A stretch of 60,204 bases of DNA, counting the filler. It is 4 parts of 4 records of this genome, joined end to end, with 100 filler letters (N's around TTAATTAATTAA, not from the genome) between each part and the next. Parts side by side here need not be neighbours in the genome. Positions count along the whole stretch, not along the records: positions 1 to 20,965 come from SRR31156797_3539; positions 21,066 to 42,537 come from SRR31156797_3541; 2 more parts are not named here. The stretch is one strand, 5' to 3'. The position numbers and the translations under genes are program-made. Under the pieces are notes generated by a model. The model had not been told where the DNA came from. It did not search any database and saw only the letters and a list, made by a program, of their open reading frames with translations. Shown here piece by piece: positions 11,035 to 22,073 of this stretch. Numbering within the stretch: position 1 is the first letter of the stretch; every line of letters begins with the position of its first letter.

Positions 11035-11879
11035 ATAAGCTAACAAAAAAGTCTCGCTGGATGATATATTTATCACTCTTCTTATCAGGATTCATTATCT
11101 TTTCTGCCATTATCTACTTTTCTGCTGCAAAAAACGGTATTGATGATAGAACCCAAAATAAACTACTTCTTGTAATAATAATTATTGCAGTACTAGCTGT
11201 AATAGGTATAGTAATCACAAGATTAAAACTATACAAAAATACTAAAAATCTTTCACCGGAATATTTCAAAGCATATGAAAACATTTCAGATAAACTGACA
11301 GGTATAGCAGTTAGTAATCTGGAAAAGAAAGAAATACTAAACGATATACTGGATATATTTCTACTTGCAGATAAGGACAATCGCAATATATCAGACGTTG
11401 TTGGAGAAGATATTGACAGCTTTGTTAATCAAATATGTGAATCGTTAGGCTACAGGAACAACATTATATTCTCCTTTTTAACAGGGCTGCAGTATACAGT
11501 TATTTATGTATTTATGCTTCAGGTATATCAAGCTCTAACTTATGCTCAGTATGGCTTTTTTAATCAAAAAATAAGCATATCAATCATTTTCTTACTAGCC
11601 GCAACGGCATTCTTCGGCATTCCTCTTATTAATAAATTTATAAGAAAAAATAATATCCTTGCCGTAATCGCTGTACCAGTAGCAATTATGGTTCTGTTTA
11701 TAAGTCTAATGGAAACACTAAGTAAATTTTTCGCTGATATTCCTTGGGTATATTCATTTACTGATGGAGATATTAACCTGTTTCCTAATATTTATATGCT
11801 AATGCTTTGGATAGTAATAATCATATCTGCAACACTTCTGAAAGCTCTTCAAAGACGACTTTCAATAGCAAAACTATAA
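11031..11879 (+). CDS. PadR-associated membrane protein (DUF1048/DUF1129-like)
   Basis: ATGA overlap with padR; several TM segments; soluble segment EILNDILDIF..A....ISDVVGEDIDSFV. Confidence 0.7.
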   Translation: MNKLTKKSRWMIYLSLFLSGFIIFSAIIYFSAAKNGIDDRTQNKLLLVIIIIAVLAVIGIVITRLKLYKNTKNLSPEYFKAYENISDKLTGIAVSNLEKKEILNDILDIFLLADKDNRNISDVVGEDIDSFVNQICESLGYRNNIIFSFLTGLQYTVIYVFMLQVYQALTYAQYGFFNQKISISIIFLLAATAFFGIPLINKFIRKNNILAVIAVPVAIMVLFISLMETLSKFFADIPWVYSFTDGDINLFPNIYMLMLWIVIIISATLLKALQRRLSIAKL

Positions 11880-11887
11880 TATATCAA

Positions 11888-11917
11888 AAAAGAGCTTTGC
11901 ATCAGCATAGCTCTTTT
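11888..11917. terminator. Bidirectional terminator between convergent genes
   Basis: AAAAGAGCT-TTGC-ATCA-GCAT-AGCTCTTTT. Confidence 0.65.
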
Positions 11918-12518
11918 ACTTTAAATTCTTGATAGTTTTCAAAACATAGTATCCTTTATCCTTATCAATAAATTCACAGTTACCATAGATTTCAATCAGT
12001 TTGTTCCTAGCCGATGGTGCTCCCTGCTTTTTTTGAATTACACAATAGAAACAGCCTTTATCATTTAGATAATTAACGCTTTCTTCAAACCATTTATAGT
12101 AAACATCTTTACCAGCCCTAATAGGCGGATTTGTGACTATAATATTGAATGTATCTTTGATATTTGTGAAACCGTCGGATTTAACAACCTTTGCATTATA
12201 TTTTTCTGCATTTTTTTTAGTAAGCTCAATAGCTCTTTCATTAATATCAGCAAGCGTAGCCTGGACCCCAAGCAAGTCACTCAATACAATGCCTATCACA
12301 CCATATCCGCAGCCCATATCCAGCAATTTACTGCATCCTGATACATCGGCAGACACTGTCTTTATTAATAAATCTGAACCAAAGTCCACTGAATGCTTAC
12401 TAAATACACCAGACGCAGAAGTGAATTCATATGACTTATTTCTAATAAAATAACTTAATTCATGCTTCTCATATTCACTGGTTGGATTTTGAGTAAAATA
12501 ATGCTCATTGTTTTTCAT
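11916..12518 (-). CDS. Class I SAM-dependent methyltransferase (RsmC/YbxB-like)
   Basis: GVFS..VDFGS, LDMGCGYG, TNPPIRAGK, QKKQGAPS. Confidence 0.92.
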   Translation of the reverse strand: MKNNEHYFTQNPTSEYEKHELSYFIRNKSYEFTSASGVFSKHSVDFGSDLLIKTVSADVSGCSKLLDMGCGYGVIGIVLSDLLGVQATLADINERAIELTKKNAEKYNAKVVKSDGFTNIKDTFNIIVTNPPIRAGKDVYYKWFEESVNYLNDKGCFYCVIQKKQGAPSARNKLIEIYGNCEFIDKDKGYYVLKTIKNLK

Positions 12519-14161
12519 CAGCCTCTACCATATATCTTCTTACCAGTAACAGATTTGTAGACATCCTGACTGACCAGAACTGATTCAACCAGTACGCCGT
12601 TCTCATAATAGTCTCTATAAGTTTCAGTTTCCTTGCCGTTAATTTTATTCTTTTCAATTACAGTTTCACCAGTTTTTACATTATCACTAAATGAAGTTTC
12701 CCATCCACCAGATGTAGAACTAATGACTTCTACCCTCGCAGCAACCAGCTTAGTTGGATCCGGAGCTGTGCCATAAATATTTATTGTGAGAGTATTAAGC
12801 GTATCACCATATTCATCCGGTTCATTATCGGTAACATAGGATGTGATATACAGCGGTGCGCCTGTATTATTGGTGAACTTAAAGTCTTTTTCTGTATTAA
12901 AGTCTACCGTCGCATCACGTCCAGGAGGCAGATATGATACAGTAAAGGAATGATTATGCCTTTCCACAATCTCAATATCAGTATCAAGCAATGCTGAATA
13001 CAAAGTGGAAGCCACTTGGCAAACGCCGCCTGCAACTGAATCAATTAATTCACTTCCATCAGCTATTGCATGTGCAACCTTATAGCCGCCCGATATCGTT
13101 CTCTCGCCTGTTGTAGAATTAAATGAGAATGTTTCACCGGCTTGTACTATACCCTCTATTGTAAAACTTGCCAAATCCACGTTACTGGTTCTATCTGGGT
13201 CATCCTCTAATTCTGTTGTACAGGTGGCAATCAGGGTAGTTTGATTCTGAATATCAGCCAATAGTACATTTGGCTCAACAGCTTCAGTAGTAAAATTTAA
13301 ATCACTGAATGCCATAGAATCCATATTATTTTTTAATGCTTGAATAATCTCATCTTTATCTATCACTGCCCCCACTTGGTCACTGATATAACTGAACCCT
13401 CCCTCAGCTTCAGCATTGAATTCAAATGAAGCATCAACAGCCTGCTTGGTATATGTATTTACAATGTTTTGTGCAATAAAATCAATATAATCCTCATTCT
13501 GTGTATAGGTAATATTAAAAACTTTAGGTTCAGATTTCAAAGCAAATATCTCTGCTATTCTATTGTATTTGCTGCTGACTCTGCCATAATTATACGCTTC
13601 ACTAAGTACCTCGTCAGCATCAGAATAGATGCCCAGATCATCAGAAGTATATATTGTTTGTGTACCGTCAACTGTAATACTTTGGCTTATACCAGCCATT
13701 TTATCCTTATCATAATTCAGTATTATTTCTCTGGCTTCTTCATATGTTAGGTTAGATAAATCACATTCATCGACAAACACGCCTTCGTAAATCTTATCAT
13801 AATCCAGATATTTATTCGTTACAAATGTATAACTGATTATTGAACCTATTAGCAGCACTATCACGAATACAAATAAGTTAGTAAAAAGTATACCTGCCTG
13901 CTTATCCTTAAATGGTTTATTTGAATACTGCTTCTGTGCCAATGATAGTAGAATATGAAAAACTATACCTATCACTACTAAAGCTAAAGATATTAACATA
14001 GCCAACGTAAAATCCGGCATAAAATCAATAGCAAAGTATATACCGGCTGATACAGCACCTACCAGCAAAATATTAATTAACCAATACACAATTGGGAAAA
14101 ACTGTGTATTGGCATTATTAGAATTATTTCTATTATCAATTTTCTTTCGTTCTCTCGACAT
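12518..14161 (-). CDS. VanW family protein with N-terminal TM helices and PG-binding region (YoaR-like)
   Basis: GETFSFN..TGER, GGVCQVASTLY, ERHNHS..VSYLPPGRDATV, DFKFTNN. Confidence 0.9.
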   Translation of the reverse strand: MSRERKKIDNRNNSNNANTQFFPIVYWLINILLVGAVSAGIYFAIDFMPDFTLAMLISLALVVIGIVFHILLSLAQKQYSNKPFKDKQAGILFTNLFVFVIVLLIGSIISYTFVTNKYLDYDKIYEGVFVDECDLSNLTYEEAREIILNYDKDKMAGISQSITVDGTQTIYTSDDLGIYSDADEVLSEAYNYGRVSSKYNRIAEIFALKSEPKVFNITYTQNEDYIDFIAQNIVNTYTKQAVDASFEFNAEAEGGFSYISDQVGAVIDKDEIIQALKNNMDSMAFSDLNFTTEAVEPNVLLADIQNQTTLIATCTTELEDDPDRTSNVDLASFTIEGIVQAGETFSFNSTTGERTISGGYKVAHAIADGSELIDSVAGGVCQVASTLYSALLDTDIEIVERHNHSFTVSYLPPGRDATVDFNTEKDFKFTNNTGAPLYITSYVTDNEPDEYGDTLNTLTINIYGTAPDPTKLVAARVEVISSTSGGWETSFSDNVKTGETVIEKNKINGKETETYRDYYENGVLVESVLVSQDVYKSVTGKKIYGRG

Positions 14162-14201
14162 TTTTATTATAAACCTTTCTTAAATGCTGTGAGACTATAT
14201 T

Positions 14202-15188
14202 TTATTTTTTTGAAATCATATGAATTGCATCAAACTTACATATATCAACACATGCATTACAGCCTACGCAGATTTCGGGATCGACTTTATGAGCACTTCT
14301 AGGCTCACCTTCTATAGCATCAAAGTTACATGCTCTCTTACAGGCTGTACAGCCAACACATTTACTCTCGTCAATATATGCTGTCTGTAGCTTATCAAGT
14401 TCCAATGTAATACAGTCTCGTGGGCATTTCACAGAACATTGTCCACACCCTACGCACTTATCATAATCTATAACAGGTAAATTGTCTACTATCTTTATTG
14501 CATCAAAGTTACATGCTTTTACGCACAGCTTACATGTAATGCAGCCAGTATTGCATGCCTTTCTGACAACTGCACCAGTATCATGTGCGCGACACTTTAC
14601 AGTAACGGCAGCTGATATAGGCAAAAGACCAATAATCCCTCTGGGACATACTGCTGCACACTTACCGCAGGCTATACATCTGTCTTTATTAATAGAAGCC
14701 AATCCGTCTTCAATAGTAATTGCATCTGTAGGACATACTTTTGCACAGGTACCCATACCCATACACGCATATTTACATTCTTTATATCCGCCTGCTAACT
14801 GAGAAGCGGCAACACAATCTTGTATGCCTTCATACAAATATCTCTGCTTTGTTGTAGATATTTTCCCCTGACACCTTACAACTGCTACTAAAGGCTCAAC
14901 ATCCTCAGCTTCAACACCCATAATGCTAGCCAATTCATCAATCTGCTCCTGAGAACATACAGGACAGCCATTGATTTGCGCTGCACCTTCTACTATAGCT
15001 TCAGCAAAGCCATCACAGCCCGGATAACCACATGCACCGCAATTTGCTCCAGGTAATGCTTGCCTGACCTTGATTACCTTTGGATTGCCTTCAACTGCAA
15101 ATAGCTTTGACGCAACAGCAAGTAGAATACCAAATATTAATCCTAATAGTCCAATTATTAATGCCGGAACTAAAATTTCACTTATCAT
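14202..15188 (-). CDS. rnfB: Rnf complex subunit B (polyferredoxin type)
   Basis: LPGANCGACGYPGC plus multiple CxxCxxCxxxC motifs. Confidence 0.95.
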   Translation of the reverse strand: MISEILVPALIIGLLGLIFGILLAVASKLFAVEGNPKVIKVRQALPGANCGACGYPGCDGFAEAIVEGAAQINGCPVCSQEQIDELASIMGVEAEDVEPLVAVVRCQGKISTTKQRYLYEGIQDCVAASQLAGGYKECKYACMGMGTCAKVCPTDAITIEDGLASINKDRCIACGKCAAVCPRGIIGLLPISAAVTVKCRAHDTGAVVRKACNTGCITCKLCVKACNFDAIKIVDNLPVIDYDKCVGCGQCSVKCPRDCITLELDKLQTAYIDESKCVGCTACKRACNFDAIEGEPRSAHKVDPEICVGCNACVDICKFDAIHMISKK

Positions 15189-15203
15189 TTTGCTTTTCCC
15201 TTC

Positions 15204-15824
15204 CTAACCAATCAGACCTGCGAAGCCCATAAATGCCATAGACATCAAACCTGCAGATATCAGTGCAATGGGGAATCCCTTAAATGCTTCCGGAATATCC
15301 GCATCCTCTAGTCTCTCGCGTACACCAGCAAATAAAACCAGAGCCAATCCAAATCCAAGAGCTGCACCAATACCATTAAATAATGACTCAACCAAACTAT
15401 AACTCTCCTGAATGTTGATTAATACAACACCCAGTACTGCACAGTTTGTAGTAATCAATGGCAGATATACTCCAAGTGCTGAATACAAAGACGGATTTGT
15501 CTTTTGAATCAACATCTCAACAAACTGTACCAAAGATGCTATAACTAGGATAAACGCAATAGTCTGCAGAAAGCCCAAATCTGGAATATTTACAACTCCA
15601 AAGGCTGAAAGCCAAGATGGTTCCAGAAGTACTTCCTGTACTATCCATGTAAAGACTGATGCCAATGCCATAACAAATGTTACAGCTGCACTCATGCCGA
15701 TAGCCGTTTCTACCTTTTTACTCATTCCAAGGAACGGACATATACCAAGGAATCTGCTCAGCACAAAGTTATTTACCAATGCTGCTGAGATTATTATTAA
15801 AACAATGTTCTGAATACTTTCCAT
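15204..15824 (-). CDS. rnfA: Rnf complex subunit A
   Basis: [29 protein letters not shown]. Confidence 0.96.
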   Translation of the reverse strand: MESIQNIVLIIISAALVNNFVLSRFLGICPFLGMSKKVETAIGMSAAVTFVMALASVFTWIVQEVLLEPSWLSAFGVVNIPDLGFLQTIAFILVIASLVQFVEMLIQKTNPSLYSALGVYLPLITTNCAVLGVVLINIQESYSLVESLFNGIGAALGFGLALVLFAGVRERLEDADIPEAFKGFPIALISAGLMSMAFMGFAGLIG

Positions 15825-15835
15825 AATGTCCTCCC

Positions 15836-16432
15836 TTAATTACTTGTCTGCATGCTGTTGATTAATGCCAGCAGCAATCCAAGAGCAATAAAACCACCGG
15901 GGGCTAGTATAAATATCAGTGCTGGCTGATATGATGCTCCCAATACACTAATGCCAAACAATGTACCATTTCCAAGAAGTTCACGAATACTTGCAAGGAG
16001 TGTCAGAGCTATTGTAAATCCAAATCCCATACCAAGTCCGTCAATAACTGACTGAATAGGTTTATTCTTTGACGCAAATGCCTCTGCTCTCTGCAGTATA
16101 ATACAGTTAACAACAATCAATGGAATAAACAAGCCCAGAGACTTATATAATTCATACATATACGCTTTCATTACCAGCTGCACTATTGTTACAAATGCAG
16201 CAATGACGACAATGAATGCTGGAATTCGTATTTTTTCAGGTATTATATTCTTTATAAGAGAAACAACTAAATTGGAACCTACCAATACAAATGTTGCAGC
16301 CAATCCCATTCCTATACCATTAGTTGCTGATGTAGTAACAGCAAGCGTAGGACACATACCAAGCATTAGTTTGAAAATTGGGTTTTCCTTGGTAATACCA
16401 TTCATAAATATTTTTTTATTATTCATATGCAC
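15836..16432 (-). CDS. rnfE: Rnf complex subunit E
   Basis: [27 protein letters not shown]; true start may be one of the next Met codons. Confidence 0.95.
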   Translation of the reverse strand: MHMNNKKIFMNGITKENPIFKLMLGMCPTLAVTTSATNGIGMGLAATFVLVGSNLVVSLIKNIIPEKIRIPAFIVVIAAFVTIVQLVMKAYMYELYKSLGLFIPLIVVNCIILQRAEAFASKNKPIQSVIDGLGMGFGFTIALTLLASIRELLGNGTLFGISVLGASYQPALIFILAPGGFIALGLLLALINSMQTSN

Positions 16433-17003
16433 CCTCCATACTGCTTACTAATTCCATAGCTACATTAGTACCATTAACTACTGCATTGCTTGTGATAGTA
16501 GCTCCTGTCAAGGCATCTATTGCTTGATCGCTGTCAGGTTCATTCTTTTTTAGTACCGGACTGAATTTACCTCTGAACTGATCTCTGAATGATGCGTTTG
16601 TTGCGTTTGCACCAAGCCCTGCTGTCTCATTGTGATTGCCGACTACCAGTCCGGTTATATACTTATCCAGTCCTACTCCTACTATAACCTCTACTGCTCC
16701 GCCATATCCATTTGATTCAGCAGTAATCACGTATCCTGCCAATTTATCCTGTCTTATTGCCTTATACACCTCTGTAATTGTTCCGGTGCTTTCACCTGAT
16801 GTAATAATGAATTCACTCCATTCTTCCTCAGGTATCAATTCAAATTCTGCACCAGGGAATGCTTCTTGTCTGGATAATTGTGACTGATATGCCATCTGCT
16901 CGGCAATAGGTTCTGCTGTCAGCATATTTGTAACACCTAGCAATAATCCAGCAATAAATGTAATTAATAATAATTTCAGTGGTAATTCTAATGATTTAAC
17001 CAT
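16419..17003 (-). CDS. rnfG: Rnf complex subunit G
   Basis: GYGG, HNETAGLG, covalent-FMN motif DALTGATITS. Confidence 0.95.
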   Translation of the reverse strand: MVKSLELPLKLLLITFIAGLLLGVTNMLTAEPIAEQMAYQSQLSRQEAFPGAEFELIPEEEWSEFIITSGESTGTITEVYKAIRQDKLAGYVITAESNGYGGAVEVIVGVGLDKYITGLVVGNHNETAGLGANATNASFRDQFRGKFSPVLKKNEPDSDQAIDALTGATITSNAVVNGTNVAMELVSSMEGAYE

Positions 17004-17946
17004 TGCTCTTCACCTCACCGAATACTTTTGGTCTTGTCATTCTGTCAATTAAAGGCACACATACATTCATAAACAGTATTGAATAGCTTACGCCCTCAGG
17101 ACTCTTACTGTATATACGAATTATCGCAGTTAACAGTCCACATCCAATACCCATTATAAGCTGACCTCTAGGTGTAACAGGTGATGTGGTATAGTCTGTT
17201 GCCATATAAATAGCTCCAAGCATTAATCCGCCGCTTAGAATTCCTGCAACTGACCAATTGATATCAAATCCGCCTAATAGAAAACTTAGAACAAATACAG
17301 TTATTATATATGTAACAGGTATTCTCCAGCGAATTACTTTCCTTGCAAACAAATAAATACCACCTAACAATAGTGCAATAGCTGATGTCTCACCGATACA
17401 TCCTGCAATATTACCTATTGCAGAATTCATCAGAAATTGACCAGAAACATCTATACCCGATTTTAACTGAGCCATAGGTGTTGCAGAAGATATTACATCT
17501 ATTGCTCCCGGCTCATTGTACATATTCAGCATTGCAACCGGCCAGCATGCAACTAGGAATATTCTTCCCGCCAGTGCAGGATTAACGAAATTGTGTCCTA
17601 ATCCTCCAAAGGGGTGTTTTACAATAATAATGGCAAATACGGATGCTACTACAGGCATCCACCATGCTACCGTCGCAGGTAAATTCATACCAATTAATAG
17701 CCCCGTAACAACTGCTGATAAATCTCCTACAGCACCAGGTCTATTCATTAGCTTTACTATCAAATATTCACACACCACTGAACTTATTATTGCCAGAGCC
17801 AGTACAATTGCTGCACGATATCCGTTAAAATATATTCCTACTAATGAAGCAGGAATTAGTGCAATAATTACATCCAGCATAATAGATGATGTACTCTTTT
17901 TGGCAAAAACATGGGGTGATGACGAAACAAACAATTTGGATTCCAT
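16996..17946 (-). CDS. rnfD: Rnf complex subunit D
   Basis: SSPH, FGGLGHNFVNPA, FMN motif SSATP, MATDYTTSP. Confidence 0.96.
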   Translation of the reverse strand: MESKLFVSSSPHVFAKKSTSSIMLDVIIALIPASLVGIYFNGYRAAIVLALAIISSVVCEYLIVKLMNRPGAVGDLSAVVTGLLIGMNLPATVAWWMPVVASVFAIIIVKHPFGGLGHNFVNPALAGRIFLVACWPVAMLNMYNEPGAIDVISSATPMAQLKSGIDVSGQFLMNSAIGNIAGCIGETSAIALLLGGIYLFARKVIRWRIPVTYIITVFVLSFLLGGFDINWSVAGILSGGLMLGAIYMATDYTTSPVTPRGQLIMGIGCGLLTAIIRIYSKSPEGVSYSILFMNVCVPLIDRMTRPKVFGEVKSNG

Positions 17947-17963
17947 TTATTAATATATCCTCT

Positions 17964-19289
17964 CTAGATTTTTGACTTTCTTATAGCATTTCTTGCAAGT
18001 CTTATTGACTGCATCAGCGGTCTTCTGGCAGGACAAATAAATGTACATGCTCCGCATTCCACGCAATCCATTGCATTATATTTCTGTGCTTCCTCAAATC
18101 TGCCTGCATTAGCTGCAGCTGCAATCGCCAAAGGCATTAGATTAACAGGACAGGCATCTACGCATTTTGCACACCGTATACAGTTACCAGCTTCATGTAT
18201 ATAAGTCTCATCATAGCTTAAGGCAAGTATTCCTGAAGTTCCTGCTATAACTGGAGCATCAGTATTTGGTTGTGCAATACCCATCATCGGACCGCCTGAT
18301 AATATTTTTGCTACCTCATCGGAAGTGCCTCCACATGCATCCAGACAATCTTTCATACTTGTACCAAATCTTACTACCAGATTCCTAGGATTCTTTACAC
18401 AGGAACCAGATACAGTAACTATTCTCTCAATCAGAGGCATTCCTGTAGTCAAAGCTCTGTAAATAGCTGCTGCAGTACCTACGTTAAGTACGATTACTCC
18501 TATTTCAAGCGGCAGACCACCAGCTGGTACACGTCTGCCTGTCAGAGCATGAATCAGCTGTTTCTCAGCCCCCTGTGGATATTTAGGCTGTAAAGGAACA
18601 ATATCAATTTTGTCATCATCACTGATAAATGACTGTATCAGCTCGATAGCATTATATTTATTGGTTTCAATACCAATCTTTCCTCGCTTTACATCAAACA
18701 TCCTCATGACTAGCTTCAAGCCATTTAATACATCATTCGGACTTTCCAACATCAGCCTATGGTCAGCTGTAAGATAGGGTTCACATTCAGCCCCATTAAG
18801 TATAATATAATCAATTTTTGTCTTTTCACCGGGCATCAGCTTCACATGTGTCGGAAATGTAGCTCCCCCCATTCCAACAATACCCAATCCTTTAACAGCA
18901 TTTACAATATCTTCATTTGTCAGTGCATCAATATTTCTTGGCTTAACTGTGTCAGCTATTTCATCCTTATAATCATTTTCAATAACTACTGCCAGCCTCT
19001 CAACCCCCGTAGGATGAGGGCGCATTTCAATCTTTTTGACTGTTCCAGATACTGAAGAATGTACATTAGCCGATATAAAACCTTGAGCTTCACCAATTAA
19101 CTGCCCCATCTTCACTTTATCGCCAACCCCTACAACCGGCTTAGCTTCTTTGCCGATTATTCTCGACAAAGGAATTACTAATTCTTTAGGCACAGGTGCT
19201 TTCTTTGGTGCTTTGTCCTCAGTCAAAGACTTACCATGATAGATATGTGATAGAGGATGTACCCCACCTTTGAATGTCTTTTTCTTCAC
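17964..19289 (-). CDS. rnfC: Rnf complex subunit C
   Basis: TFKGGVHP, GMGGATFPTHVK, ECEPYLTAD, GGPMMG, two 4Fe-4S motifs. Confidence 0.97.
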   Translation of the reverse strand: MKKKTFKGGVHPLSHIYHGKSLTEDKAPKKAPVPKELVIPLSRIIGKEAKPVVGVGDKVKMGQLIGEAQGFISANVHSSVSGTVKKIEMRPHPTGVERLAVVIENDYKDEIADTVKPRNIDALTNEDIVNAVKGLGIVGMGGATFPTHVKLMPGEKTKIDYIILNGAECEPYLTADHRLMLESPNDVLNGLKLVMRMFDVKRGKIGIETNKYNAIELIQSFISDDDKIDIVPLQPKYPQGAEKQLIHALTGRRVPAGGLPLEIGVIVLNVGTAAAIYRALTTGMPLIERIVTVSGSCVKNPRNLVVRFGTSMKDCLDACGGTSDEVAKILSGGPMMGIAQPNTDAPVIAGTSGILALSYDETYIHEAGNCIRCAKCVDACPVNLMPLAIAAAANAGRFEEAQKYNAMDCVECGACTFICPARRPLMQSIRLARNAIRKSKI

Positions 19290-19412
19290 TTTCGTATACT
19301 TCCTTATTTTGTTCTATCTCCATAGCTGGAAATAGTAATTTACCTAACAATAATGTTTAAATTTACTATAAAAATATTATTGACATATGACCTTTACCAA
19401 ACAAACACTGAT

Positions 19413-19491
19413 ATTATAGCACAAATGTCAATACTTTTGTATACAAAATGACAAATTAGTTAGTATGCTTCGTATGTGATTTTTTTAACAA
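19413..19491 (-). promoter_or_regulatory. rnf control region: extended -10, 14-bp palindrome and Rex-like box
   Basis: Minus strand TGCTATAAT (19421-19413); TTTTGTATACAAAA (19435-48); ATGTGAT-TTTT-TTAACAA (19474-91). Confidence 0.5.
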
Positions 19492-19617
19492 ATTATTAGA
19501 AATTTTTCTGCTCGATTTTTGCATATTTCACACCATATTTACATATATTTGGGTCAATATTAGTATTTTATGACTAATGGCTAGGACAGACACTATGTTA
19601 TATGATATAATTATGTC

Positions 19618-20841
19618 ATGAATATCTTATATGTTTCATTCTTAACAGAGGATAATCTCTTTGAGGAAATCTTTAATAAAAGTAAAATCAAGCCAGGACA
19701 GCAGGTTCAGAAGTTTAACCGCCTTTTAGCTATTGGTTTATCCGAAAACAAATATAATGTTACCGCACTTTCTACTCCACCGATTTCAATGTCTACTTGG
19801 AGGAAATTGTTCGCAAGAGGTTCAAAGGTAAATACACAGGGTATTAATTTCAATCATATAGGATTCATTAATCTTCCGATAGTGAAGCAGATATGCGTAC
19901 TGATATCCGGTTTTTTTAAGATGCTTAAATGGGCAATAAGAACCAAAGGAAACAAAGTAATTCTTTGCGATACAATCGCTGTTACATTGTCATCCTTGTG
20001 TGTTTCTTTCGGTAAAGCCTTTGGAATAAAAACTATAGGACTTATAACTGATTTACCAGATTTTCTTGATATGTCATTAGATAATAATAATAATCTATCA
20101 TTTTCTAAGAAAATGTACATCAGACGGTCTGAAAATGCCCTTAGTAAATACAGCGGATATGTACTGCTTACAAAACATATGAATAGTGTAATTAATCATA
20201 GTAATAAACCATATATTGTTATGGAAGGTATGGTAGATTCTCAACAGAAAATAATCGACAATCAAGCAGACAATAAACTAGACCCTCCAATTGTGCTATA
20301 TGCCGGGGCACTATTTGAGAAATATGGTTTAAAAATGCTCCTTGATGCATTTAAGAATATTACCTCCAAAGCAGAACTTTATATCTACGGTGATGGAGAT
20401 ATAGCAGAGGATTTCATGCAGGCTGCCAGAGAAAACGACAATATTAAATACTTTGGTGTGGTAAAAAATGATATAGTTGTTAATATGGAAGTGTATGCTA
20501 CTCTCCTGATTAATCCAAGGATGAGTACACAGGAATTCGCATTATACTCTTTCCCATCAAAGAACATGGAATATATGCTCTCGGGCACACCCGTATTAAC
20601 ATGTAATCTGCCGGGAATGCCCGAAGAATATCGGGAATATATATATGTATTAGAAGATGAATCCATAGAAGGATTAACACACAAACTTGACAAAATATTA
20701 TCAACTGATAGGAATACACTTCATGAGAAGGGCAAGAGAGCACAGGCTTTTGTAATAAATAATAAAAGTAACATCAAGCAGGCAAAACGCATTGGTGACT
20801 TTATAAATGAAAACTTATTTCAAGTAATAGAAAGGAAATAA
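19618..20841 (+). CDS. Glycosyltransferase (GT-B fold, GT4-like)
   Basis: YAGAL..KYG, YGDG, LINPR....YSFPSKNMEYMLSGTPV. Confidence 0.88.
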   Translation: MNILYVSFLTEDNLFEEIFNKSKIKPGQQVQKFNRLLAIGLSENKYNVTALSTPPISMSTWRKLFARGSKVNTQGINFNHIGFINLPIVKQICVLISGFFKMLKWAIRTKGNKVILCDTIAVTLSSLCVSFGKAFGIKTIGLITDLPDFLDMSLDNNNNLSFSKKMYIRRSENALSKYSGYVLLTKHMNSVINHSNKPYIVMEGMVDSQQKIIDNQADNKLDPPIVLYAGALFEKYGLKMLLDAFKNITSKAELYIYGDGDIAEDFMQAARENDNIKYFGVVKNDIVVNMEVYATLLINPRMSTQEFALYSFPSKNMEYMLSGTPVLTCNLPGMPEEYREYIYVLEDESIEGLTHKLDKILSTDRNTLHEKGKRAQAFVINNKSNIKQAKRIGDFINENLFQVIERK

Positions 20842-20842
20842 T

Positions 20843-20965
20843 ATGGGAAAGTTCGGAGATTTTATTAGAGGAGAATTTATTAACATTATCGAGTGGACTG
20901 ATAGTTCAACTAACACAATGGTTTATCAGTTTCCTGTACATGACAATGAAATAAAAAATGGTGCA
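20843..20965 (+). CDS. SPFH/band-7 (YdjI-like) protein, N-terminal fragment at the contig end
   Basis: Translated by hand: MGKFGDFIRGEFINIIEWTDSSTNTMVYQFPVHDNEIKNGA; RBS GAAAGG. Confidence 0.75.
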
Positions 20966-21065
20966 NNNNNNNNNNNNNNNNNNNNNNNNNNNNNNNNNNN
21001 NNNNNNNNNTTAATTAATTAANNNNNNNNNNNNNNNNNNNNNNNNNNNNNNNNNNNNNNNNNNNN
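20966..21065. other. Artificial contig linker
   Basis: N44-TTAATTAATTAA-N44 (stops in all six frames); composition changes abruptly across it. Confidence 0.99.
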
Positions 21066-21066
21066 C

Positions 21067-21549
<483 letters not shown>

Positions 21550-21561
21550 GCGAGGTAATTC

Positions 21562-21981
21562 ATGGCCACATTGAAACTTGAGATCGTCACTCCCGACCGG
21601 AAAGTACTTTCCGAGGACGTGGATTACGTGGGCGCACCCGGTATCATGGGTGAATTCGGTATCTTGCCGAACCACGTTCCCTTCCTGTCCGCTCTGGGAA
21701 TCGGCAATCTCCATTATAACCAAGACGGCAAGGCGCATTACGTCTTCGTCTCCGGTGGATTCGCCGAAGTCAGCCACAACAAGGTCACTATTCTGGCCGA
21801 AGTTGCTGAAAAGGCCACCGAGATCGATACCGACCGCGCCAAATTAGCCAAGGAGCGTGCTGAAGAGCGTGCTACCGCGGCCAAGGAAAAGATCGACGCC
21901 ATCCGCAACCAGACTGCTCTGAAGCGTGCAATCATGCGCATCAACTGCAAGTCCAGCGGTAAGGACGCAGGCACCTGCTAG
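21562..21981 (+). CDS. atpC: ATP synthase epsilon subunit
   Basis: [26 protein letters not shown]; follows atpD. Confidence 0.97.
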   Translation: MATLKLEIVTPDRKVLSEDVDYVGAPGIMGEFGILPNHVPFLSALGIGNLHYNQDGKAHYVFVSGGFAEVSHNKVTILAEVAEKATEIDTDRAKLAKERAEERATAAKEKIDAIRNQTALKRAIMRINCKSSGKDAGTC

Positions 21982-22006
21982 TCAATCTGATCCTCACCCT
22001 ACAAAT

Positions 22007-22040
22007 AAAAGGGCAGGCTCTCATGAGCCTGCCCTTTTTT
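22007..22040. terminator. Bidirectional terminator of the atp operon
   Basis: AAAAGGGCAGGCTC-TCAT-GAGCCTGCCCTTTTTT. Confidence 0.9.
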
Positions 22041-22073
22041 ATGTGATATTTACTCACAAAAACACTGCTTGAA

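Noticed and set aside
12518-14161. VanW as a vancomycin-resistance marker
   Set aside because: No vanHAX or vanRS genes; stand-alone VanW/YoaR proteins are common in Firmicutes
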